Positions 1 through 13,676 of a stretch of DNA of 64,000 bases are shown one piece after another (the first letter of the stretch is position 1; every line of letters starts with the position of its first letter). The translations under genes were made by a program, and so were the position numbers. The notes beneath the pieces were generated by a model. That model made no database searches, had not been told where the DNA came from, and saw only the letters and a program-made list of their open reading frames with translations. The DNA is from the human T2T-CHM13v2.0 reference genome, Homo sapiens. The stretch lies in the NCBI RefSeq assembly GCF_009914755.1, contig NC_060942.1; one strand, given 5' to 3'.

Positions 1-1244
1 TCACAATGAGTCATATTAGGATGTTTAAAAACTACTACCATAGACCTAAAGCTTCTTAAAAATAAGGAAGTATCTGTTTTATTACCACTAAATGTCCTAT
101 GCCCTAGCACAGTGCCTCACCCAAACAAGGTATTCAATAAGTATTTGTTGAATGACTGCTCTTGTTCACCCCTATTATCTTACAGTCATAATGTCCAGAG
201 AGGTAAAATGTATTTTCTAAAGTTATAATTTGGGTTAATAATCAAATCAGGGATTCTTGGTCCTGAGTCATTTTAAAATGCTTTCTTCTCCACGCTTCAA
301 AAAATTACTGGTATAATTGTCATTGCATTATCGACTTAAACAATTTTCCCTTGATTCGATCATTTCCAGTTCCCCCTGGGTCTACTCACCATTGCTGTTC
401 CCCTTCGCCTTGGAATAACTGGCTCAGAACTTGATATCTGTCCTCAGACCACTTGTCATCATTCTTTTCATAGTATCCTTCATTTTGGCCCCTGTCGTGT
501 TGTCCTAAACTTCTAACTCCACAACCTAGACATGCTTATCATTAACTCATAATTTTTCTATTCATTTTACTCAGTTATGATCGTACCACACTGATCATTT
601 TGCATTCCGCTTTTTTCTACTAATATTTTGAATGATGGTGTGTTTAATGACAATGAAATGCCTGTAGAAAAAAGACTCAAAAATAGAGTGGCTTTTCAGA
701 AGACCAGTTTGGTAAAAGAAATTGAGTTGTAGAAATCACTATTTTTTTTTTTTTTTTGCAAGAGCAAAGCAGATGGTTGTTGATATCAGGGTATTGAAAC
801 CCAGTGGCTGTTATATGTCAGAGTAACTTACAGTGAATGCCAACAATCTTCTTTTCCTAATTGCTGCTGCTCAACATGATGGCATTGTTCAGTCTGGAAT
901 CCCTCTCCACTCCCTCTCCAGGGATAAGCAGCTGACAGCTCTAAGGGGGCAGGATGGATTCCCATCAGATAGCAAGGTGGAGTAGTTATGTGTGCTGGTG
1001 GGGGAAATGCACTCTCTGCTTTGTATTTGGGTCTTGTTTTGGGGACTGGTAACTTCTTCCTGTTTTGATAAATATATAAATAACTCTAAGTATCAGGAGA
1101 GACAGTAACTTAGGCTTCTTAAAGAACGGAGGGTTTTTCATAAGAATTAAACATTTTTTAAAAAAGAATAAAGGATTTTTACTCAGAGATGAAAAATGTT
1201 TGTTTCTCAAATGAAATGTCACATTATAATTTTAATAAAGGGCA

Positions 1245-1580
1245 TCAGATTAGAAGTAAGGGGATTTGAGTTTAACTCCTGGCTCTATCTCCTGTGGATT
1301 TGGGACCCATCACTTTCTATGTTTAAACCTCAGCTTTCATATCTGCAAAATGAACGTTTGACAAGACCATTGGTTCTGAACCCTGAATAAACATCAGAAT
1401 CACCTAGATAATTTGCAAGAATAAGCTGATGCATGCGCTCCACTTAGAGATATTCTGATTTAATTAGATTAGAATGGGGTCCAGCATTTGGTATCAACAC
1501 TAAGTTGTTCAGGTTATTGCAATGTACAGTAAGGGCTAGATGACCTCTAGAGGCCTTTGAAGCTCTAATATACTATGATA
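1245..1580 (+). mobile_element. MIR-family SINE fragment interrupted by a MER5-type hAT DNA transposon (~1368-1537)
   Basis: MIR core-like 'aacctcagctttcatatctgcaaaatg' and MIR3-like tail 'agatgacctctagaggcc...ctctaatatactatgat' flank MER5-like 'cattggttctgaa...catcagaatcaccta...attctgatttaattag'. Confidence 0.6.
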
Positions 1581-1603
1581 ATTACAGTGAAAGCACTATT
1601 AGG

Positions 1604-2508
1604 TATTAGGCAGAGCACTTTTTAGTTGTGGCAGAAATACAATGCAAACTAGAATAAGGGGAAAAATGAAATTTAGTGGCTCCTAACTTCAGGGCTCCCT
1701 TTTCTCCCCAGTTTGAACTTCGTTTTCTTCTGTGGTTTGATCTGTTTTCTCCTTGATGCAGTTCGGATACTGCATGTGCTAAAGAAAGTTGGCAGCCCTG
1801 GATTCACCTCCTTCAGATTTTCCAGTGGAAAAAGGAGCTGGTTCCTGCTAATATCTGCATATCAACTCTAGAGAAATGCTTTGATTGGCCTTGCTTGGAT
1901 AGTTCCCTTTCTTTGTGAATTGGGTTGTATGACTGACAGTCCCATTATACAGCAGTGGTGGAAGTGTACCATCCAGATATCCCTTTCAGAGAATCTGCTG
2001 TAGGGAGCATAGCTGATTGACAGCCTTCAGCTGCCACACTTAGGGACCCACTCTGTCTTTCACACCAGGCCATGTTTTCATTGGGCTGCTCCCAGCCAAT
2101 GACTAAGCACAGTGGGGATACTCAAACCCAGCCATTCCAGCCTGATGTGGGATTCCTTAGTGAATTCTCATGAGTTCAAGGACTTTCCCACTGGCCTAGC
2201 TGAGACACTCTTATAACTTCACTGTAGTCTAAGGTCCTTCCTATCCAATCCCTCCTCCCCTTTCTGCTTTTACAGATGTCAAACTCACATTGTAGTCTAA
2301 ATGAAGCTTCTCCCTGCCTTATTCCTGCTCTCTTTCTTAACATTCAGAGGTATTTTCTCCAATAAATACCTTGTTTTCTATAACTGGCTTGATATCTGCT
2401 TCATAGAGGACCTGAGCTGGTGCTGACTAAAACCCTATGGCATGGGGATGAGACAGTTTACCTAAGGAAGGGATGTTAGGTGTTTAAAAGAAAATACATG
2501 TCCACTAT
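1604..2508 (-). mobile_element. Old MaLR LTR (MLT1K/L-like), split by an LTR16-type insertion
   Basis: Left part 'tagttgtggcagaaatacaatgcaaactag...atttagtggctc' and right end 'acatgtccactata' resemble the two ends of reverse-oriented old MLT1 LTRs. Confidence 0.45.
1948..2422 (+). mobile_element. ERVL solo LTR (LTR16 family)
   Basis: 'gggagcatagctgattgacagccttcagctgcca', 'cccagccaatgactaagc' and 3' end 'aataaa...tatctgcttcatagaggacctgagct' typical of LTR16. Confidence 0.65.
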
Positions 2509-2895
2509 AGGCTGCATCTTTGGGTCTCTGCCCAGTATGGATCATTCTGTAGAGAGGATACAGAGCAAGTACCAAGGTATCGAGCAACTAGGCAGGTTTC
2601 AAGCCTTCAGATGATTTCTTGGAGATGACTGATACACTCAAGAGTCTGTGAGGCCACTAAGGGTCAAGACAAGACATCAGGTCTTGGTTTGCTGAAGAGT
2701 TTATTAAGCAGAATTAATAGTAGCTGCACAGCCAGAGTTACTACATGTGTCGCTCTGAGCTCTCCACAGCATCAGCCATAGAGCCACTTGTTTTATTAAT
2801 ATTGTGCTGTCTATTTGATGTTTTCACAGAACATTTTATTTATTTTTTAACTAAAAAATATAGGCTTCTACTCACAATTTGGAATTGATAAAAGC

Positions 2896-2980
2896 TACTA
2901 TATATAATCTTAAAAATAAATATATATATTATATAATAAAGAAATATATATAATAAATATATATGTATATACATACATAA
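2896..2980. repeat. AT-rich/(TA)n low-complexity tract
   Basis: Near-pure A/T run with TATATA arrays. Confidence 0.8.
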
Positions 2981-5029
2981 GATGTATTTTTTGATTGTTG
3001 TTTAAAGATTCTAATTTTTAAGGGCAACTTTATCAGGATCAAGAAATGAGAGGCTTTTAGTGGAGAATTCTTCTTAATTCTACTTAAGATTTAGCCTCAA
3101 AATAGCAACCCTATGATCCCATTGATTTTTTTGGAGGTGATCCATTTGGCATTCATTCATTCTTTTTTCCTTTTGGTAAAGTTATTTAAAAGCCTATTGC
3201 TAAAGTACTAGTATTCATGAGAGGAGTTTTTAATTTGATTGTCTTTTATAAGCTCTACAGTGCAAGCTACTTATCAGCTCAGACTTCCAGCTGGCAACTT
3301 GCTGAGAGCGGGATGAAAAGGGGGTAGTACCAAGTCAGTGAATTTATGGGTGAGGAACAGAGATGTCTGGGGCACATAGTGATTATCTCCACAGGCTAGT
3401 TTGGGAGGTCACTAGAGTCAGGGGTGTGGCCCATCAGGGGCCACTGGACATCTCTGCAAAGTCACTATGAGTTGAGGAAATGGGAATACTGAAGAAAAAA
3501 TTAGGAAGAATGAAGGCAGAAGTTTTTTTATTTTGTGATTTTTCCAAGGGCCTGGCTTGGACTTTGTCTGCCAGTGTAGGAAAATGTGCAAGAGGTACAG
3601 TGACATTCTGAGAGAACAGGTGGTCACAACCCCCCACTGCTTCTCTCTAGCCAGAAGGAGGCTAACATCCAGCCCCTGGTGAGGCCCACTCAATTCACTA
3701 GGCAGAGTGTGATGATCTGAGGATCTGTGCCAATCCTCCTGCCTGGCCAAGCTGTGAGACCAACTGTTCCTTATTTTCTAAGCTGCTTCTGGACTTTGCT
3801 TCTTTGTTTAGGAAATGGATCCAAATCGCTCTCCTCTGGACTTGCTTGATCCCCAAGCCTGAAGTCAAGCCAGTATTGGCTACTATCTATTCTCTCAGCC
3901 ACACATTGAACAACCATAATAACCACACCACACATTTATGGGTTCACGCCTTGTTTTCAAGGGGCTTCTACATACTCCACCTGATTTGATACTAGAAACA
4001 AAGCTCTACATTGGATTGGGCAAGTGTCATCACCTATTTGACAGGCATTAGGCCTGAAGAAACTGATATAAAGCTAGTGTCAAAACCAGGAGCCCAACTT
4101 CAGCCTCTTCATCTATGGTCCTTCTGTGATGCATTCAAAGGTGCATTAACGCTTGGGGAGAAAAAGTACATTCCCATCTCCTATTGGGCAAAGCCTAAAC
4201 TCCTGTATGACTTTTATCTTCAATCTTCATTCTCAAGTAGCCAAATGAAGGAAAGGGTGCCTTAATAAGGTGGGGCCCAAGACCCCCAACTTGTTAGGAC
4301 AAATATATGAACTTGTAGTAGGAGCAGATGGCCATGACTGTGATTTAACAGGAGGAACATAAGAAATAGGAATAAGAAAACCTGAAGGTTAATCCTGACT
4401 TGTTAATTAGCTCTTCAATATTTATTAACCTCACTTAACCTCTCTGAGCTTTGTTCTCTTCTTCCTTTAAGCAGGAAAAATGCTACTCTGCCACGTGTGC
4501 CCCATCAAGTTTTAACAATTGTTTAAAATTGTTTAAAACAATTAAATGAAACTATAAAATAAAACTGCCTTTAAAATGATAAAGCATAATTCAAATAGAA
4601 AGGTGTTTTTTCAGCATTTTAAATTATTTGCACATAAAGGGGCTAAACAAATATATGGTAAAAGATGAATGATTTGGCTTTTTGAATACTCTACATCTTC
4701 ATGACTTCTTACAATCTTTTACCCCCTCCAATCCTTTCTTCTTTCCAGTTTCTCACTGTTTGATGGTAGATTATCTTCTTTATCTTCAACTGAATGCCAG
4801 ATGGACAGGCACAATCTTCACCCTAGAGGTATGTGTATGTCGCCAAACCCTATTCATAGACTCTAATATTAACAATCACAACCCCCTACCAAGCACTAAA
4901 ACATTGAGAGAGTATTTCTGAACCAAGTCCCCTGCTGCCTTCATTCTTCCCCCTACCTACCAGTTGCTAAGAAGTTGTTACCAAGTTTGGTGAATAATTA
5001 AACTCTTGGACATGACAGGGGAGGAGAAT

Positions 5030-5195
5030 TATTGATTCAAAGGACCTTAGAGCTCAAAAGGTCCTGAGAGACCATCATAACCACCCTCTTTATTTTACAG
5101 ATACAGCTTCTGAGGATCACGGGGATGAAAGGCGTGAACTGGGCTCACACAGCTAGTAAGTAAAAGAATCGCTAAAATCTAAGGTGCTGGATTTA
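5030..5195 (-). mobile_element. MIR SINE fragment
   Basis: 'ccctctttattttacagatacagcttctgagg...gctcacacagctagtaag' resembles the reverse MIR core. Confidence 0.6.
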
Positions 5196-7360
5196 CCAGG
5201 GCAGTGGTCTTTCCAGTTGATAATTCTGAGAGAAAGCTGTGGGGAAAGAAAGCTGAAGGAGCCCCCGGGATTGTCTGTACTTGTGGCTTTCCATAGATGG
5301 GAGAGTGAATTTCAAAAGGTCTGTCTCTGGTATCCTGCCTTCCCAGTTATGAAGATATGCCTTTGAAAACTTCCTCATCTTAGCAGTGCCTTCTAGTGCT
5401 ATATCCCATTGAAGTTAACTATTCCAGGCCTTATTATTTTTCTGATTTAAACTTTAGGGGATTCAGCATTTAGTGCTCACCTTTTTGTTGTTCATACACT
5501 TTTTATGTGCAATTTCATTAAAAGGTGAATTCCATTGATGACTTACCTAGCAAGCTTATTGAGGAAAATCCTAGACTGTTGATCCCAACTATGTTGAGTG
5601 ATGTGGAAACAATGAGGGTTTCTTTAGGTTTGATCAACATGGGGCAGGCTGGGAGAAAGCTCAGTGGTCATATTTCTGGTTTCTAAGAATTTGAGTTTTT
5701 GAGTGTGCAAGTTATCCCAGGGAACATCTTAAATTGTTTTTTGGGGAGCTTGGACCTCTAATAGCAATTGTACTTGCAAAATGTTTCTAAAAGTACAGGT
5801 GCCGAGCAGACATTCATTCAGAAGTGGCCAGGTATGGTCAAGAGGTCAAGGGCAGTCCTTTTCTCTTGTGTTCAGGGTGACTTAGTCAAGATTTTCTATT
5901 ACTTATTAGATAACTTTGATTTCTTCTTTTGCAACATAATTCCTAGCTCATTGTAGTACATAAATTGCACGAAGAAGAATCTTCAGACAGAATAAGTGGT
6001 TGCTTTGGAAATGGGGTAAATTTAGGGTCCAAAAGAAGATTCCAAGTCATAATCAGATACTTTCCCTTAGTCATGGAAAAGTGTAATTTTACTGTAATTC
6101 CATGTTTATGGAGTATAATATAAATGACAATATGATTTTATATTTGTAATCTCTTTTAAGCATCCTTTGTTTTATTAATTTATATGAAAGATATACTTGA
6201 GTTCCCATTATGTCCCTGACATTGTTGGTAAGGATTTTATAGATCCAGTGAGGGCTACTTAGCTAAATAGGGATGAACAAAAGCTTGAACTCACAGATTC
6301 AATGATCTTTCTGATCTATCATGTGCCAGGTCTTCTAACTTCTGCTATAGGCTTCATTCATCGGGATTTGTACTACTTACTCATAGCATAAAACAGTCAA
6401 ATAGATGCAAAAGGACCAACTTGGATTTGAATATTATGGAGTAAGCATGTGGATAATTGCTTATTTTTTTCACTTTTTAAGCACTTGTGTCCATGCTAAG
6501 TATTTGAACATCATATTTCAGGCTATTTTGTCTTTTTCCTGAACTGGCTGCTCAGCTTTGGGAACAATGTTGACCAGAGCTATTCCAGACCCTCCTTAGC
6601 TCAGATGTAGTTTATTGATTGACTCCTTTATTTGAGTGTACCCTGGGGCCCAGCCCCATGCTAGGCCCTGGAGATGGGTCAGAGGGCTGGTGTGAGAAAG
6701 CAGTGCACAAACCTCAGTTTTCTTTTCTCTAAAATTCTAAACCCTCATTTCCAAATAATAAAGTTTATTTCACAGAGTTCTTCTGTGGATCAATCAATAT
6801 AAGGCTAGCAGATGCACCCTAATAAATGATAACACATGAGATAAATCAAAGGCAGCATTATGGGTAATTATGGGTATATTACAGGATAATATAAAAGACA
6901 GTGCATGTAGCATCCTATAATACATGCACACTGATCTCTAAGCTTCTGTTGTGCAGGAGCTGGGTGTTATTCATTGTTGTATTCTTGGCCTCTTCAACAG
7001 GATCTGACACATGAAATTTGAGAAAAAAATTTAGTGAAGTGATAAAACCAGGAAGTGTATAGATTTTAAAGGAAAAGTACAGAATATAAGTTTTATGAAA
7101 CTGCACAGAAATGGGGAAATTCAGTTCCATGGAGAGAGATGCAATTACTTTTGTGTAGTATTAATTTAAGAAAGAACTTTCTGAAACTAGATCTAATAAC
7201 CATGGAATGAATTACTACAAGATTGTCACAAATAGAAGTAAGTTTTCTACTCGAAGGTATTCAAAAGAGAACTGGTGAATCTACCTATCAGAAATGTTTT
7301 CTACTACATATAACAAACCTATGTGTGTTCTACCAGATCTCAGAAAAATAAAACTAAACA

Positions 7361-8297
7361 TGTGGGTACTTGAAAAAGTTTGTGGAAAAATGAAATTAAA
7401 AGATAAACTTATTTCTCAAAATAAATTCCATCAAGGTCAAGACACTTTTGTAAGCAATAATACTGGTCATTTAGTTCATCCCTAAAGAACTGAGAGTCCT
7501 GGGAATTTAACCAGGCCAATGCAGTCTTTTTCACATTGTTAACTGAATAAAAATGGGTGCCTTCCATAGATTTTTTTAAGATTAGGAAACAAACAGAAGT
7601 CAGAAGGAGCCAAATCAGGACGGTAAGGTGGATACCTAAAAATTTCCCATCAAAACTCTCCTCATATTTCCCTTGTTTGATGAGAAGAATGAGCAGGAGC
7701 ATTGTCCTGATGGAGAAGGACTCTCTGGGAAATCTTTCCTGGGTTTTTTTCTATTAAAGTTTTTGCTAACTTTTTCAAAACACTCTCATAAGTGGATGTT
7801 ATCATTGTTTGGCTCTCCAGAAAGTCAACAAGCAAAATTCCTTGAGTATTCAAAAAAAAATTGTTGCTATGATCTTTGCCCTTGACCAATCTACTTTTAT
7901 TTTGACTAGACCAATTCCATCTTTTGGTAGCCATTGCTTTGATTGTCCTTTGTCTTCAGGATTGTATTGGTAATGACATGTTTCATCTTCTGTTATAACT
8001 CTTCAAAGAAATGCTTTAGGATCTTGATCCCACTTATTTAAAATTTCCATTGAAAGTTCTGCTCTTGTTTGCAGCTGATCTGAGTGCAATGATTTTGGCA
8101 CTCATTGACTGGAAAGTTTCTCACCTTTAATTTTTCAGTTACAGTGGTATAAGCAGAATCAATTGAGGTGTCTATGGTGTTGGCTATTGTTTCTGCTGTC
8201 AAATGTCAGTCAGTTGGGTCAGGGACAAGATTAATTTTTTCCTTGAAAATTGATGTGGGTGGTCTGCTGCTGCAGGCTTCATCTTCAACATTGTCTT
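7361..8297 (-). mobile_element. HSMAR2 mariner DNA transposon, 5'-truncated, transposase pseudogene
   Basis: Minus-strand ORF fragments 'GILLVDFLE..LLHQDNAPAHSSHQTR' and 'LNSQDSQFFRD..LQKCLDLDG'. Mariner motifs T(E)DET, HQDNAPAH and YRPDLAPSD are present; the WVP motif carries TGG>TGA near 8102; frameshifts. One terminal inverted repeat at ~7361-7390. Confidence 0.93.
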
Positions 8298-8762
8298 CAG
8301 CACAGCTTGTAAGTGGCAGAACCAGGATTTGAAGATATGCCATGAAAGCCAGCATCTGTGTACTCTTAACCATTACACTATGTGGTAGAGAAGCAAACTC
8401 TCATGCTTATCTATCCCTTTTCTGAGACATACGTGACTGATGTGAGCAAACCAGAGAGTGTGTGCGCCATCCAAAGAAGGCAACAGACCCTCAATTCCAG
8501 GCACTTCTTGCCATGTTGGAATATATGTCTAGTGTTGCCAGATCTTCTGAATTTTATATAGCATCACTCGGTTTTAAATATGTCAATTAAGTAGATATGT
8601 TCTTTAACTCATGTATGTATATGTGCATGCACACAAATATACATGTATATGTACATTAAAGCAAAGTTCACACTGAACCAACATGTAAGCTATGTTTGGT
8701 TTACCTACTCTGCATTTGTGAATTCTAACTTTACTGAAACCAAATAACAATCTACATTTTCT

Positions 8763-8796
8763 AACACACACATATACACACACACACACACATACA
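8763..8796. repeat. (CA)n microsatellite, interrupted
   Basis: acacacacatatacacacacacacacacataca. Confidence 0.85.
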
Positions 8797-8974
8797 GATT
8801 AGATGACTTGTTCAAGGTGATAACAATTGGTTAACTCTGGGCATAAGAAGGGCATAGCTTTTGATCTCACTACCGTATCTATTCTATACAGTGTTTATGT
8901 AAAGACCAGGTGAAAAAAGCAGCAGCTAACGAGGGAGTTGCCAGCCCTTCACATAGAATGCATCTCGACAAACC

Positions 8975-9410
8975 TGTGGTACATTAAACTGGTAACAGAT
9001 TCTTTTCTGTTCTTGTCATTGAGAGAGGGAGTCTAATTCTTCTTTCTTGGTGATTTGCTTGACCAACAGAATGTGGCAGAATAAAATTCTGGCATTTCTG
9101 AGATTAGTCGTAGGAAGTCTTGTAGCATCTTGCCTGACCAAGTGTCAGCTCTCCACCTGACAGCCACAGCTGAGATCCCAGCCATCAGAAAGACTCAACA
9201 GTCAGGCATCCCAGCCCAGGCTTCAGGGAAGTAATTGAAGATACCATATTAAATGTGCATCCTCCTGCTTCAGCTGTCCCAGCCCCTTCAACCACCCAGT
9301 TGAACCTTTTCTAAATTCCTGACCCACACAAGTGTGAGTCAAATCAAAATTAAATTTTAAACAAATACAGTTTGGGTTAGTTTGTTATACAGTAATAGAT
9401 AACTAGACCA
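8975..9410 (+). mobile_element. MaLR solo LTR (MLT1G/H-like)
   Basis: Starts 'tgtggtacattaaa', contains 'tgcttgaccaacagaatgtggcaga' and 'aaattcctgacccaca', ends 'gtttgttatacagtaatagataactagacca'. Confidence 0.7.
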
Positions 9411-12400
9411 ATTCCTTTAAGCAATTTACCCAGGAAAATGCTCCAAAGCCATCCCCTTTACCTTCGAGTTCTTCCAGAGGAATTTCATTTACTGCTGGGA
9501 CCTCACATAAGTGTGGGTGTGCAGAGAAGTCATTTTTATAAAAGATGACTTGGGAGGTTCCATTTTCATATTGAATGCATTTGTCAATTGGACACAGCTA
9601 GCAGGTAGAAACCTTCAGACAAAGGAGGTGAGTGACATATGAGTGTATGTCCTTGCCCATAGGATTTATCACTCCCTCTCTGTGGACCTTTGGAAGACAA
9701 GTAGAGTTGGAAGGATGAAAGGAGTCTCTGTAATGACTCTGGGCCTTCTTAGGATTCCACCTGGGTTCACAGTGTTGATTAGAAGTGATGCCTGTGGAAA
9801 AAGAGAGCAAAGTGTGGGCCCTGGGTTGCTGTGTCTGATGGCTGAGACTTGTGTATGCTCCAGGTAGTGACATTTCTGGCCTTAGAGACGGCTTTTCATC
9901 TTCATCTCATTGCAAGTGGGTGCCAGAGGCTGAGGATATTAAAATGAACAAATACGCTCTATTCCTCAAAAAGCTACAGACTATATACTTTTATAAATAC
10001 AAATGTATACAATTAATTTATTACTTGGGCTGAGCCTTACAGAGTATAAACAGGAAATGGCTTTATTTTTCTCTGATTATTTCCTTCAATGTGCTTTATC
10101 TCTTTTCATTTTCTTTCCTTGCAGTTTGATGACATCTTGGGCAGATTCCATAAGTGTTCAATCCTTTTAACCACTTTTTGACAATATAGAGTCCATTCCA
10201 AGTTTAAAAAGCCAAATTCTGACTTTTTTTAAACCCTCAAGCTCATGTTTAATTTAAAGCTTTTTTCCTTCCTTCAGATTGCACCTCGGAGACCAGAGTG
10301 GGGTCCAATATGGTCTGTCCTCAATCTTCCTTCACTTTCTCCCACTTCTGCTTCATATTCCTTTAAGTTCTGCCCTGTGGGAGGTGGGAAGGGGTGTGAG
10401 GAAACAGACATTGGAAGAATAAAGGAAACAATGACTCACATGGCTAATGGCTTGTAATACAGGCATCTGTGTTCCTGGCTCTAGCAAGTGTTCAGATACT
10501 ATGGTAAGCTGTTCATAGGGTTTTCCTGCACAACACCCTACCCTCAACATGTGGATTTCTGAAGTGCAGTTTCCTGACACAGGTGGCACATTTTCTTGCT
10601 GATCCTTTTGAATCTCCTTCTAGCCCCTGCCCCTCTGAGATCAATCCGAGACACGGAGCCCTCTTGGGTAGGATCTCATTTAGTTGTCTTAAGCTTAGCC
10701 ATTCTCTACCCATTGAGCCATGCACTGGGTCCAGAGGAAATTCACATATATTCTTCAAGCCCAACACTGCTCTTCTGCTTCCTGCTGCTCCTCCCTGCCA
10801 TCTTGGAGTGCTCTGGCAACCCTATGCTGCCAGAGTCTTGCCAGTGGGAAGCAGGCTCCATTCTTTCTGTCACATATACCCCCAAATTCAAGCTCTCCCA
10901 CAATCACTTACTGTATGCTTCACTGGAATGCCGAGCTGCCATGGGGCCTGTGGTTCATGGCATAATAAACATTCCTCTGGGGGCTGGGCCTCCAGCCTCC
11001 CTTTCTTGCAGACATCCCCAGGATCTACAAAGGATGCTCTTCAAGCTTCTTCCCCAGCTTTTTGGTTGAGAAAAGCCAAGAACTTTCAATTCCTCCCTGA
11101 GCCTCCTCTCACATTTCTAGTGTCTTTCACACAGCCTGGAGGATGTAGTGGTCTTCAGCTTCTCTTTCTTTAGAATGTGTGAGGACTCTATTGCCCTCAG
11201 TTTTTGCCCAGATTCTAGGACAATTTCATTAAATACAAATGATTTTGAACCATGTTGGTAATTGTTGAAATGGAGCCATGCCACTGAACAGATTCAGCCG
11301 GAGAAAGAGCAGGAATACCTCAGGCAGCCAGGCATGGCAGAGACTGGGCTCTAGGAGAACAAATGGAGGTTCATCAGGAAGGAGAGTGAGGGAGAACACT
11401 GGGCAGAGACATGAGAACATGCTTGATGACAAAAAAGGGCTTGGTGAACTCAAAGCACAGCACAGTGGCCGGTCATCTGCAGGGAGAAGGGAGTCAAGAC
11501 TGCAGAGGCAGCTTGGAGGCAGAACAGGGAAGTAGGGCTGCTGAAGAGCTTCTTGGAGGGGAAGGGGGTGAAGTTGTTTTCTAGTCAGAAGGGGCCAAGG
11601 GAGAGAATCAGGAACAACAATTAAGAGGCACTGGGTCCCCCAGGTAATCTCATTTACCTTCAAAATGTTACCCTCTTACATATTCCTTAGGTTACTCAGT
11701 TGTCTTGTGTTCCCAAATCTCTTTGCCTTCTGGAAGGTTAACAGCCACTGGTAAATGGATGGCAAAGGATTTATTTGATAGTCGTGGAACAGGGTCACAT
11801 GGCCACAGTCTATTTTTAGCCACCTCAGTAAGACTGAATGAAGTAAGATGTATGAAAGTGTTCTATAACATTCTAACCTTAGAAAACATAGGGAACACTT
11901 ATTGTTAAGCAGTTAATGTTTGTGCAAGTCATTTGGCAATTAATTATGAATTACCTGTGACATTTCTTCTCTAGTTTTCTGGAATTGTTATTTAAGTCTA
12001 TAAATCCACTTGCCTCATCCCTCAGGGCTCTGCTTCTCTGTTTCCAAGGTGACAGCTAGCTAGCAGGTGGATTAACCCATGCTAATCTGTTAGTTGCTAC
12101 CAAAGGAGGCAATGCTGAGTGATGGCATGCATTTTAAGCCTAGTAATGTTCAGATTTCTTTTTAAATAAAAAAAATTATTTCAGATCCAAAGTATTGACC
12201 TGGATAATTATTAATTATAATATTAATTATATAGGTATGTAGACCATTTGGGTGTGTCAGATATGTACCATTACTTTGTGTACTTTCATTCAGATTGAAT
12301 AAGATTGAGACTTCATCCTCTCATCAGGCTCGCAGGAATATTAATCTAGTTATTTGAGGGTTCCCTGAATCTCAGCTGACACATCCACTAAAGGTTGTCC

Positions 12401-13676
12401 AAAGGTCTTGGGAGGGGTGTCTGGGGCAGTGCCAAAGCATGTAGGCCATTGGCGCGTTAATTATCAGTGACACAACCTTATCCACGCTTCAGGGCAACTT
12501 AAAGTCTGCTATTCTGATCTCTTTAGGACATGCTTGAGGCTCAGGAATTGAAATCTAAAATCTCTAGGATCCAGTTTCCTAAGGTGAAGTAAGCAGCACT
12601 TTATCCATCTCCTAAGCTTGTCCTGAGAGGGAGTAGGATGTGGAGGCACCCTCAGATATTCTCCTTTGAGACCTGGGTAAATCTGCCATCCCTTTCTCTA
12701 CTTCTTCTCTTACTAGCAACAATCATTGCCTTTTTTTCTCTCTTTTTGGTGTACTTAGCATATATCCTCCATCAGCGAAGCATTCACAAAAAGCCCTGTG
12801 TGATATGTTCCTCCAGTAGTTTTGGTTGTGACCGTACAAATTCTCCTGATATTAGAGAACATAGGTAACTGACTACCTACTGGAATGAAAGAGGGGAATG
12901 ATGCAGACCCCAAATTCATCCTAACATCTCAATCAATTCTCCTACCCATATATAGACATAAAAGTGGATATAACTTTTCAAATGACTCTAAATCTTCACA
13001 GAACAATAAACATAATCATTATTCATTAAATAAAAATATACAACCCAATAAAATTTATATTAACAATATTACTCACATGTGATGATGATATTTGTGAAGG
13101 AAAATCATTGTTCCTTACATCAATATAGCTCTGATTATTATTGCATGGCCCTTTTGAGGTAAGCATGGGTGTACTATTATGAATTGTGTGATGATGACTT
13201 GATTTTCCCACAGTTTTTCTGCTTCAGCTACTTTGACCTTTTTTTATATGTACCATCACCTGTGATGCGGTTTAGATTTTACATTGTGCCAAAGTCATTA
13301 TTTTCACAATAAACATACTGTACTCTATTTAAATTATTCTGGGACAATTAAGGTAGTACTAATTGGTATAGGATCCATCACCAATACAAACATAGGCTTG
13401 GACATGGAAATTGTGGGCTATTGTTTGAATTAAGACAAGTCCATATACACTCATCTTTTCTATAATACCGTTGAAATGCAAATGGAAAAGTAAGAATTTT
13501 TTGGGTTGAATGTTTGGAACCTCAGGCATGTATTTTTGGAACTCCAGGGCCCATGGAAGCCAGTTTGGAAACACTGCTTCAGTTGCTTAAGTATGACCTC
13601 TGGAGTCAGATGGAGCTAAATTTGAACTCCACCTCAGTTTCTACATTTGTAGCATAAATATGGTAATATTATCTTC

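Noticed and set aside
10583-11173. Longest ORF outside recognised TEs (196 aa) plus overlapping ORFs
   Set aside because: Starts at GTG, overlapping frames are also open, composition is Ser/Pro/Leu-rich, and no domain is recognisable; consistent with a chance ORF.
11229-11663. 144-aa hydrophobic minus-strand ORF
   Set aside because: Leu/Pro/Ser bias follows from the purine-rich opposite strand; no homology or exon structure.
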